Assembly: GCA_021821305.1 (NCBI GenBank)
Contig: JAKACP010000001.1
Coordinates: 748,421 to 812,420, forward strand
DNA: 64,000 nucleotides
Direction of reading: 5' to 3'
From: a bacterium
GTDB taxonomy: Bacteria; Patescibacteriota; Minisyncoccia; Moranbacterales; UBA1568
Shown: positions 56,948-64,000 of the stretch, piece after piece
Layout of the letters: each line of letters starts with the position of its first letter
Position numbering within the stretch: position 1 is the stretch's first letter
The notes under the pieces: model-generated
What the model was told of the DNA's origin: nothing
The model's database searches: none
What the model saw: the letters and a program-made list of their open reading frames with translations, nothing else
Position numbers and translations under genes: made by a program

Positions 56948-57130
56948 GAGCCGGTCTAAAATCTCATGTCTTGGGAAAAGTCACTGATTTCGAGCGAAAA
57001 TCTTGAAAAGTGAGGAGGACTATCATGATAATCCGACGAGCTTTGAAAGGTTTGCAGCCGAAATCAGGGACTTTTACCAGACAAGCGAAGTTTTTTCCTT
57101 TACAAATGCGGTGAGATTTTAGACAGGCTC
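56948..57130. mobile_element. MITE-like element: 183 bp, 19-bp terminal inverted repeats (18/19 match), flanked by TAA/TAA, carrying SD + 29-codon ORF
   Basis: Left TIR gagccggtctaaaatctca (56948-56966). Right TIR tgagattttagacaggctc (57112-57130). TAA at 56945-47 and 57131-33. GAGGAGG-N6-ATG at 57012-57027, ORF 57025-57114 (MIIRRALKGLQPKSGTFTRQAKFFPLQMR). Confidence 0.6.
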
Positions 57131-57133
57131 TAA

Positions 57134-57165
57134 GAAAAAAACCCGTTCTCTATCGAGAACGGGTT
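57134..57165 (-). terminator. Rho-independent terminator for the 57186..57566 gene
   Basis: 11-bp stem aacccgttctc / gagaacgggtt with tatc loop, followed on the minus strand by T7. Confidence 0.65.
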
Positions 57166-57185
57166 CATGATTTCCGCCGCCACAT

Positions 57186-57566
57186 TCAGGAGGCGATTTT
57201 TATCTCCCGCATGAAGCTGTCCCATCGGGAGGAGCCTTTCTCACGGAATCGGACCGCCGTATAGAAACTGGCGACGCCGTCCCCCGGGATGAAGAGGCAT
57301 GGGTACGCTCCCATCTTCGGGCTTTCGAGACGGAGCATGTCCCCTGACTCGCTGTATGGGATATCTTCCTGCCAAAGGAAGCGTTTGACGCGCTCCGCGA
57401 TGTCCTCGGCGGTGCGCCACGGGAACTCGATCCGATACTCGATGATGCCCGCGGCCCGCATGATCACCTTGCGTACCCCTGGCAGGAGCGTTATCTCGCG
57501 GATTCCCAGTACGAATCGGGCGAATCGGGCGATCGTTTCGGAAAAACGTTTCGGAAAAGCCTTCAT
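57186..57566 (-). CDS. hypothetical protein (126 aa)
   Basis: ORF with downstream intrinsic terminator. No family recognised. Confidence 0.45.
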   Translation of the reverse strand: MKAFPKRFSETIARFARFVLGIREITLLPGVRKVIMRAAGIIEYRIEFPWRTAEDIAERVKRFLWQEDIPYSESGDMLRLESPKMGAYPCLFIPGDGVASFYTAVRFREKGSSRWDSFMREIKIAS

Positions 57567-57640
57567 GATGGTACTCCTTTCAAAAGAACTCTACCCCAAG
57601 AAAAGCACCGGGAAGGCCATCTGTCAAACCTCCATGAAAT

Positions 57641-57669
57641 TTGACATTGCATAGTGGTTGGAGTAGATT
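57641..57669 (+). promoter_or_regulatory. promoter TTGACA-17-TAGATT
   Basis: ttgaca at 57641-46, tagatt at 57664-69. The ATG of a 13-codon micro-ORF begins 8 nt after the -10 (leaderless). Confidence 0.55.
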
Positions 57670-57676
57670 GTACTCA

Positions 57677-57718
57677 ATGGAAAAGATCACCTCACATCCG
57701 AAGTGTCCGAAAGCGTGA
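57677..57718 (+). CDS. leaderless 13-codon micro-ORF (MEKITSHPKCPKA), candidate leader peptide
   Basis: Starts at the predicted TSS. The stop codon abuts an intrinsic terminator. 37 nt further is the SD of the 57783 gene. Confidence 0.3.
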   Translation: MEKITSHPKCPKA

Positions 57719-57745
57719 AACCCGACGTCGAGTCGGGTTTTTTCT
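57718..57745 (+). terminator. intrinsic terminator / attenuator (aaacccgac-gtcga-gtcgggttt + T6)
   Basis: 9-bp stem and T-run directly after the micro-ORF and before the 57783 gene. Confidence 0.6.
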
Positions 57746-57782
57746 TGTTCATTTCCAACCTGCCACCGAAAGGAGAATCATC

Positions 57783-58046
57783 ATGAACGCAACCGTCGCC
57801 TCCCTGTTCCACCGGGACGAGGATATCCCGCTTTGCCCACGGATGGTCGGACTCACCCGATCGGATCCCAAGGCATACCTCTGTGACATACCGGCCGATC
57901 TGCGCAAGCAGTTTCTCGGAAACACCCCGTGCTCCGCCCATGCGGGATGTGTCCCGAGAGAACGGGACCCCGAAGCCGTGCAGAACGCACAGCTCGATGG
58001 GGTCTATCGGATGTACCACCTTCGTACCCCGCACGGAACGAAGTGA
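57783..58046 (+). CDS. small Cys-rich hypothetical protein (87 aa, four Cys)
   Basis: AAAGGAG SD. C-x16-C-x19-C-x5-C pattern. Terminator follows at ~58050-58085. Confidence 0.55.
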   Translation: MNATVASLFHRDEDIPLCPRMVGLTRSDPKAYLCDIPADLRKQFLGNTPCSAHAGCVPRERDPEAVQNAQLDGVYRMYHLRTPHGTK

Positions 58047-58126
58047 AAGCCCCATCGGACAGAACTGTCCGGGGGCCTTTTTTTCTTTCCCGGCCACGAC
58101 GCACGATCCCGGAGCTCCGGAACGTA

Positions 58127-59383
58127 TCACGCCAGAAAACCGACCCGCTCCCTCACCTGCCGCATCTTGTCGCTTGCGACGGCGCGGGCCTTTTCTGCGC
58201 CGGCACGGAGGACGCTCATCGCCTCCTCGTCGGAGATACTGGACATCTTCGCCTGGAAACCAGCAAGAAACGACGCGACGACTTCGGCCAAGTCGCGCTT
58301 GAAATCGGCATACCCCTTCCCCGCATACAGGGAAACGATCTCCTCCGGCGTCTTCCCGTCGAGGAGCGAATAGATGGTGATGAGATTCCTGAGCGCGGGC
58401 TTGTCATCCTGATAGGCGATTTCGGTCCCGCTGTCCGTCACGGCTTTCATGATCTTCTTTCTCGCCTGCTCGGGATCGTCGGAGAGCGCGATGTAGTTGT
58501 ACTCGCTCGCCGCGGATTTGGACATCTTCTTGGTCGGGTCGTCGAGCCCCATGATCCGTGCGCCTTCTTTCATCACGCGCGGCTCGGGCACGACAAACGT
58601 CTCGCCGAAGCGGTCATTGAACCGCCGCGCGAGCGTACGGGTCAGCTCCACGTGCTGGACCTGATCGTCCCCCACTGGCACGACCGCCGCACCATAGAGC
58701 AGGATATCCGCCGCCATGAGCACGGGGTAGTCGAAGAGCCCAACGCCGATAGTTTCCCGCTGATCTTTGTATAGATCCTCCATCTTTACAAAGAGTGAAA
58801 CAATGGAACCTAAAGCCTGCATCGAACTCGTATATTGTTTTCTAAAATTCCCTTCATGGACAGACAAATCTAACAAAATAGAAGCGCCATTATCTGAATT
58901 TTTTGTCTCTAGCCACTCCCTAAGCTTAGAGTAGGATTCTTCCACTTTTTGATACAATCTATCATTCTCTCCTCTGGCAGAATTCAAACTATCTACCGAA
59001 GATTTTATAAACTCGTCTTTATCTCTTCGAAGAGAACTAAGCCCCGCCTTATCCTTAAACTGCGTCATCTTCTCAAGGTCTCCGAGGCGTGCCACGGTAT
59101 TGAGTATCCACATGAGCTCGGTATGCTCCGGGACATGCGATTGGACGAAGAGCGTCGCCTTGGACGGATCTATCCCCGCGGCGAGGTAAACCTTCGCGAT
59201 CTCGAGCGTCTTCCTGCGAAGTTCGGCCGGATCCTGAGGCACGGTGATCGCGTGGAGGTCGACCACGGAAAAGAACGCCTCACACTCGTCCTGGAGCGGG
59301 ATCCACTGCCGGATGGCGCCGAGATAGTTGCCGAGATGGAGGTTGCCCGAGGGCTGGATACCGGAAAACAGTCGCTTGTTCAT
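58127..59383 (-). CDS. trpS: tryptophan--tRNA ligase (TrpRS) carrying a ~100-aa low-GC in-frame insertion
   Basis: HLGNYLGA (HIGH), KMSKS, MTQFKDK...LFDYPVLMAADILLY. About 100 extra residues between FKDKAG and LFDYP are encoded by DNA of much lower GC (about 58750-59045). Extended -10 TGCTACAAT upstream. Confidence 0.85.
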   Translation of the reverse strand: MNKRLFSGIQPSGNLHLGNYLGAIRQWIPLQDECEAFFSVVDLHAITVPQDPAELRRKTLEIAKVYLAAGIDPSKATLFVQSHVPEHTELMWILNTVARLGDLEKMTQFKDKAGLSSLRRDKDEFIKSSVDSLNSARGENDRLYQKVEESYSKLREWLETKNSDNGASILLDLSVHEGNFRKQYTSSMQALGSIVSLFVKMEDLYKDQRETIGVGLFDYPVLMAADILLYGAAVVPVGDDQVQHVELTRTLARRFNDRFGETFVVPEPRVMKEGARIMGLDDPTKKMSKSAASEYNYIALSDDPEQARKKIMKAVTDSGTEIAYQDDKPALRNLITIYSLLDGKTPEEIVSLYAGKGYADFKRDLAEVVASFLAGFQAKMSSISDEEAMSVLRAGAEKARAVASDKMRQVRERVGFLA

Positions 59384-59474
59384 AGGAAAAACTGAGTAAT
59401 TCGCTTTCATTGTAGCATAAAAAGAAAAAAGGCGCTCCGATGTTTCGGAACGCCCTCGAGGCGGGACAGGAGGA

Positions 59475-59906
59475 TCACGCCATATCGTTTACGGCGAAAC
59501 CATAGCCTCGTTCTTCGATGACTCTGCCCTGTTCGGCGGCCTGTTCACGAACCACCTCGTGGTTCCGAGGAGATTTCTTGAGGTGGAGGATGGGACGACC
59601 GAAGCGGCCCATGTCCGGCAGCATGCCCGAGAGGACGGTGCGCGTCTCCCGTTCGGTCCCGTCCGGGCTCGTGAATTCGACCACGGCATGGGTGCTTGTT
59701 TGGCTTGCGACCCGATACGGCCAACCCCTTTCCACGAGCTCCACGACACCGGGCTTCGCGATCCTTTGTTTCTCCGGTTTTCTTGCGGGAGGAGGAGCGA
59801 CGGACACGGCGCGAGCCCGGTGGACGGGCTCCTGTTTTGATTTTGGTTTTTCGGACGAATGGAGTGTCCCGATACCGAGGTGCGGTGCGAAAATTTTCCG
59901 TGTCAT
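59475..59906 (-). CDS. hypothetical protein (143 aa)
   Basis: AAGGAGA SD 7 nt before the ATG at 59906. Own TTGACG-17-TATAAT promoter. The upstream part of ORF 59475..60881 overlaps rnj out of frame and was rejected. Confidence 0.55.
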   Translation of the reverse strand: MTRKIFAPHLGIGTLHSSEKPKSKQEPVHRARAVSVAPPPARKPEKQRIAKPGVVELVERGWPYRVASQTSTHAVVEFTSPDGTERETRTVLSGMLPDMGRFGRPILHLKKSPRNHEVVREQAAEQGRVIEERGYGFAVNDMA

Positions 59907-59990
59907 CTTGCTCTCCTTGCCGAAAATCCCCATGATTTCCGGACTGTACGAAGTGTGCGCATGGGGCGCGTCTGAAAGAACATAAAGTAC

Positions 59991-60019
59991 ATTATACATC
60001 TTTTTTCCCATTCCGTCAA
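59991..60019 (-). promoter_or_regulatory. promoter TTGACG-17-TATAAT for the 59906 gene
   Basis: Reverse strand ttgacg (60019-60014), 17-nt spacer, tataat (59996-59991). Confidence 0.6.
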
Positions 60020-60250
60020 GAGTCAAGACGAAAAACAGGCCCGAATGGACCTGCTTTTCAAAAAAGAATTCAAGAATCCTTCCGTATCGGCGAAGTTTTT
60101 CGGAGCGACCGGCTGTCTGAGCCGTCGTTCCGTTCTCGAAAAATAGCCTCGGGATGCCGTCGAATGAGGGATATTTTTCGTAGGAACGGAAGACGTCGAG
60201 TTTCGGTCGGAGGAAAAACTTGTGCCGATACGGAAGGAGACGGCTTCTCG

Positions 60251-62443
60251 CTAAACTTCGACGACCACCGGGAGGATCATCGGACGACGCTCCGTCTTGG
60301 TGAAGAGGAACTGTCCGATCGAGTCGCGGATCTCGTTGCGGATGAGATCCCAGTCGAGGGACGTCTCCTCCGAGGTATTCTTCTTGATGATGTCCTGCAC
60401 CTTGCGCTTGGTCTCGTTCACGAGGTCGAAATTTTCCTTGACGTGGATGAATCCGCGCGAAGTGATCTGGATATTCCCGATGACCTTCTTCTTCCGGCCG
60501 TCGACGACGACCGTGACGATCACCATGCCGTCGGCGGCGAGCATCTGCCGATCGCGGAGCACGACGTGCCCCACGTCGCCGATCCCGAGTCCGTCGACGA
60601 ACACATAGCTCGTATCGGCCTTCTCCTTGAGGATGTGCGGATGGACGCTCCGGTCCTTCGGTATCTCGAGAACATGGCCATTGTCGAGGACGAAGACGTT
60701 CTGCTCGGGATAGCCGAGTCGGTAGGCGATCTTGGCCGCTTCCTTGATGAAGAAGTGGTTCGCGTACACCGGCATGACGTAGTCGGCCTTGGCCTGGCGG
60801 ATGATCTCCTCGATCTCGAAGATGGTCCCGTGACCGCCGATGTGAATCTCCATGACCTCGCTGTGGATCACGTGGTCGCACTTTCGGTAGAGGTTGTCCT
60901 TGAGCCGCTGGATCGTGCGCTCGTTCCCCGGAATGACCGACGACGAGAAGACGATGGTGTCGCTCTTCTGCAGTTTGACGAAGCGATGATTGTCGGTGAC
61001 GATCCGCGAGAGCGCGGCGTTGGACTCGCCCTGCGCGCCCGTGCAGATGAGGACGAGCTCCTTGTCCGGGTACTTGTGCATGTCGTTCACCGTGATGAGC
61101 GTCTCCGGCTTGACCTTGAGGTAGCCGAGCTCCTTGGCGACCTCGATGTTCATCTTCATGCTGTAGCCCTCGAGCGCGACCTTCTTGCCGGCCTGCTCCG
61201 CGTACTCGATGAGATACGTGATGCGGCGGATCTGCGAGGCGAACGTACCGATGATGACGCGGCCGGGGGCGCTCCGGATGAGTTCCTGGAGATTGCGATG
61301 CACTTCCTGTTCCGACGGCGGCAGACCCTTCTTGAGGGCGCCGAGACTCTCGATCATGAGGAGCGTCGGACGCGGGAGCTCCTGGAGATGCTTGTAGGAG
61401 ATCTCCTCTTTCCGACTCTCGAGCGGTTCGTTGGATATCATCCAGTCACCCATATGGATGATGGATCCGGACGGCGTCACGAGCGCGATGCCCATCGAGT
61501 CCATGATCGAGTGTTCCACCTCGAAGAAGCGGACTTCGAACACGCCGAGCTTGAGCCGGTCGTCCACCGATTTGACGCGGATGGTCTTGAGGTACTTGGT
61601 ATCGCCCTTGTACTGGTCCTCGACCTTCCGTTTGATGAGCGCGAGCGTGAAATCACGGCTCACCACCACCGGGTACTTGAGCTGTTTGAGCAGGATCGGG
61701 GCGGCGCCGATATGGTCGAGGTGTCCGTGCGTGAACACGACGCCCCGGATACGGTCTTCCTTCCCCTTGAGATAGTCGACGTTCGGCACGATATAGTCGA
61801 TGCCGGGCATGTCTTCCTCGGGGAACTGCACGCCCATGTCGATGATGACGATATCGTTGCCGTATTCGAACACGGTCATGTTGCGGCCGACTTCCTCCTG
61901 TCCGCCGAGCGGGATGATGCGGAGCGTATCCTGGGGGATCGGCGGCACGGCGCGACTCCCTTCACGCCGGGCGTCCACGTTACGGCGCGATTCCGGAGTG
62001 ACGAACGCTTCCGGACGACGGCCACGGCCGCCGCGACGCCCGCCGGAAGACGGACGGGATGATTTCTTGGCGGCCGGTTTCTGCCCGGACGCCGGGACAG
62101 CGGTTCCCGGTTCCACTCTGGGCTTTCCCTCGGTATGCCGAGGATGCCTTTGCTGAAGGCCCGCGGGCTTGCCCTGGGGACTCCTCTGGGTACGGTCGCC
62201 ATACGGCCGTCGGTCCTGCTTCGGCGCTCCGCGCTCCGGCTTGTACGCCTGGCTTCGCGCGACGACGCCTTCGAGCGCCCCCACCGAGAGCGCGCTCTTG
62301 AGTCCGGCGGAGAGCACGTCTCCTCCGGTCGTTTTCCGGGAATCGCCCTCATTCCGAGGAATGGGAGCGGGGCCGCCCGGCCGGTTGGTGTTGCGGTCTC
62401 CCCGTTTCGGGAAATACCGTCTTTTTTTCTGTGATTCGATCAT
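60251..62443 (-). CDS. rnj: ribonuclease J (beta-CASP metallo-beta-lactamase RNase) with ~170-aa R/G/K/P-rich N-terminal extension
   Basis: IIPLGGQEEVGRNMTVFEYG, HTHGHLDHIGA, beta-CASP motifs. The only Met upstream of the core is at 62443. Confidence 0.85.
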   Translation of the reverse strand: MIESQKKRRYFPKRGDRNTNRPGGPAPIPRNEGDSRKTTGGDVLSAGLKSALSVGALEGVVARSQAYKPERGAPKQDRRPYGDRTQRSPQGKPAGLQQRHPRHTEGKPRVEPGTAVPASGQKPAAKKSSRPSSGGRRGGRGRRPEAFVTPESRRNVDARREGSRAVPPIPQDTLRIIPLGGQEEVGRNMTVFEYGNDIVIIDMGVQFPEEDMPGIDYIVPNVDYLKGKEDRIRGVVFTHGHLDHIGAAPILLKQLKYPVVVSRDFTLALIKRKVEDQYKGDTKYLKTIRVKSVDDRLKLGVFEVRFFEVEHSIMDSMGIALVTPSGSIIHMGDWMISNEPLESRKEEISYKHLQELPRPTLLMIESLGALKKGLPPSEQEVHRNLQELIRSAPGRVIIGTFASQIRRITYLIEYAEQAGKKVALEGYSMKMNIEVAKELGYLKVKPETLITVNDMHKYPDKELVLICTGAQGESNAALSRIVTDNHRFVKLQKSDTIVFSSSVIPGNERTIQRLKDNLYRKCDHVIHSEVMEIHIGGHGTIFEIEEIIRQAKADYVMPVYANHFFIKEAAKIAYRLGYPEQNVFVLDNGHVLEIPKDRSVHPHILKEKADTSYVFVDGLGIGDVGHVVLRDRQMLAADGMVIVTVVVDGRKKKVIGNIQITSRGFIHVKENFDLVNETKRKVQDIIKKNTSEETSLDWDLIRNEIRDSIGQFLFTKTERRPMILPVVVEV

Positions 62444-62611
62444 AACGTTATTACACTGTGCGATAAAAATAATTTGCTATACGGAACGCATCGTCCGGAC
62501 GGCGCGACTGCGCCGCCCTGTCGGACGGACATCGTCCCGAAAGAAGTAACACGGAAAGCCTTTTCTCGTCGACCGGGAAAATTCCCTCAAAAAGAGACCG
62601 TGAACATCGTG

Positions 62612-62695
62612 TGCCGAAGGGGAGACTCGAACTCCCATGCCCTTGCGAGCGCAGCGCCCTGAACGCTGTGTGTCTACCAATTCCACCACTTCGGC
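62612..62695 (-). tRNA. tRNA-Leu (CAG), type II with long variable arm
   Basis: GCCGAAG acceptor, anticodon loop TTCAGGG, ~15-nt variable arm, TTCGAGT T-loop. No encoded CCA. Confidence 0.8.
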
Positions 62696-62744
62696 CTCTG
62701 AAGAAACTCCGATCTCCGATCGGAAACAAGGATCTATGAAGAGA

Positions 62745-63764
62745 TTACGCCAGCAATTTTTTCAGCCGTTCCACCATCTCGACGGGTGTCGGATCGATAC
62801 CGTATCGGAGCGCGAGATGATAGGACGCGAAGTCGGCGAGCAGGATGCTCCCGAAGATCTTCCCGAACACGTCATCACTCTCCATGTCGATGATATCGAC
62901 CGTGATGCCTTTCTCGCGAAGGAGTCCGGCGGTCGCCTCGAACCGTGCCAGGTTCTTGGGATGATCCGACGGATCGCGGAGCATGACGACGGCGAACTGC
63001 GCCTGCGGATTCGTGAAGCCCACCATTTCGTTGTGGTTGAGCTCCGGGAAGAAATTCCAGAAAGCGGGCGTCTTGGCGTTTTCGTTCAACTTGATCTTCC
63101 ACACCATCGCCACCGCCTTGTACTTCACCGAAGCATACACGACCGGCGTCTTTCCCGCAAGGGTCGCGGCGATTTCCTTGCCCCGCGCCTCGGCGTCCTC
63201 CATTCCTGTCGAAAGGCGATCCGCCGCCGCGAGCACCTCCGCGCGCGCGTCGGGAATGAGTCCGTGATTCGCCAGGATCGCGAAGAGCGCACCGAAGAAA
63301 TAACCCGTTCCGATGCGTGGCTGGAAATCCGGGGACGGCATCGGAAGCTTCACGTGCGGTGTCCCGGTTTCCCGGCATCGCTCTTCCAGTTTCCCGCCGG
63401 CGGACAATCCGACCGTCGGGAGACCGGCGGCGATCCCCTCCTCGAACGCGGCTATCGTCTCCTCGGTGTTCCCCGAGTAGGAGCAGACGAGATTGAGACA
63501 GCGATCGAAACTCTCGGGCGGCAGACCGTAGAACCGGTTCTGGAATACTGGGAGCGGCTTCCGGCCGTCCTTGCGAAACAGATCGTTGAGGTAGATGCGG
63601 AAGAGGTTGCCCGGAAGCGCCGAACCGCCCATCCCCGAAATCATGATCTTGTCGAAATCACCCTCGACACGGATGCCGTCGGCGAGCTCCATGCCGGTCC
63701 GGAACTGCGCCGGGCTGTCGATGATCATCTGCCGGAAATTCGACGGGTCCTGTTCGTTTCGCAT
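62745..63764 (-). CDS. bifunctional phosphoglucose/phosphomannose isomerase (SIS-domain PGI/PMI family)
   Basis: SIS domains (ISGMGGSALPG, SYSGNTEET). Family typical of archaea and reduced-genome bacteria. Confidence 0.8.
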   Translation of the reverse strand: MRNEQDPSNFRQMIIDSPAQFRTGMELADGIRVEGDFDKIMISGMGGSALPGNLFRIYLNDLFRKDGRKPLPVFQNRFYGLPPESFDRCLNLVCSYSGNTEETIAAFEEGIAAGLPTVGLSAGGKLEERCRETGTPHVKLPMPSPDFQPRIGTGYFFGALFAILANHGLIPDARAEVLAAADRLSTGMEDAEARGKEIAATLAGKTPVVYASVKYKAVAMVWKIKLNENAKTPAFWNFFPELNHNEMVGFTNPQAQFAVVMLRDPSDHPKNLARFEATAGLLREKGITVDIIDMESDDVFGKIFGSILLADFASYHLALRYGIDPTPVEMVERLKKLLA

Positions 63765-63775
63765 ATGCGTTTCTT

Positions 63776-64000
63776 GGTTTCGGAATTATTTCTTGAAGAT
63801 CCGTTTCGTCTCGATATAGCGGTTCCGGAGATCCGAAAGCCGATACGAGGCGTTGTTGGCGATCGATACGTTCACCCCTTGGACCTCGTCCACCATCACG
63901 TACGAGACATCGGGACTGTAGAGGAACACGGCCGGGTCCTTGTCGGCGAGGATGGTGAGGAGCGAGCCGAGAAGCTCGCGACGCGGATCCGCCTCCGATT
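63776..64000 (-). CDS. partial CDS, C-terminal 74 codons only (gene starts beyond window end), unknown function
   Basis: Reverse frame reads ...LLGSLLTILADKDPAVFLYSPDVSYVMVDEVQGVNVSIANNASYRLSDLRNRYIETKRIFKK-stop (taa at 63778-63776). Confidence 0.4.

Noticed and set aside
58740-59045. trpS insertion as an intein or intron
   Set aside because: No intein splice-junction residues (no Cys/Ser at +1 of the insert, no HN-C/S/T at its end). The insertion is in frame with no stops, so not a group I/II intron. Kept as a finding only as an unexplained foreign in-frame insertion.
59907-60881. Upstream two-thirds of ORF 59475..60881
   Set aside because: It overlaps the 3' end of rnj in a different frame and is Arg/His-rich garbage. 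A strong promoter + SD + ATG at 59906 defines the real, shorter gene.

Overview
GC-rich (about 60% or more by eye) bacterial chromosomal window. It is very compact and roughly 80% of genes are on the minus strand. Many genes have short or absent leaders, several proteins have reduced domain sets, and half of the tRNA genes lack an encoded CCA; this is consistent with a small or streamlined genome, but I cannot assign a lineage from sequence alone.

Core content:
- An unusual concentration of nucleotide-excision-repair genes within 18 kb: uvrA, a short uvrC lacking the HhH tail, a second uvrA paralog, and uvrB.
- thyA, DedA, a Pif1-like helicase with a C-terminal HTH, and a DEAD-box helicase.
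- A 4-tRNA cluster (Asp, Met/Ile2-CAT, initiator Met, Ile-GAT), plus tRNA-Ala and tRNA-Leu.
- nth, SulP, dprA-topA, pyk, a zur-znuA-znuC-znuB operon with a Zur-box palindrome, and a short Rel (HD-Synth-TGS only).
- A GT2 (QxxRW, cellulose-synthase-like) / GT4 / DUF192 envelope locus and rmuC.
- pilB plus a pilin-like protein.
- groEL behind a sigma70 promoter and CIRCE, with no adjacent groES.
- ychF, trpS, RNase J with a long basic N-extension, pgm, and pgi/pmi.

Non-standard content (details in findings):
1. A three-member family of ~130-bp T/G-rich imperfect-palindromic intergenic repeats, each wedged between two same-strand genes. One carries the uvrB promoter and also encodes the C-terminal tail of DedA.
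2. A 183-bp MITE-like element with 19-bp terminal inverted repeats, TAA target duplication, and an SD-led 29-codon ORF.
3. Two sharply low-GC patches: a small GIY-YIG nuclease gene, and a ~300-bp in-frame insertion inside trpS.
4. A 25-bp direct repeat of the tRNA-Asp 3' end 175 bp downstream of the tRNA (att-like scar).
5. A leaderless 13-codon micro-ORF plus intrinsic terminator in front of a Cys-rich small protein gene (attenuator or sRNA candidate).
6. A compact block of unknown small genes (4.4-8.2 kb), including a DUF45/YgjP zinc hydrolase.
7. Two DUF1003 paralogs, one with 21-bp heptad tandem repeats.

No CRISPR array, rRNA or obvious prophage was seen.
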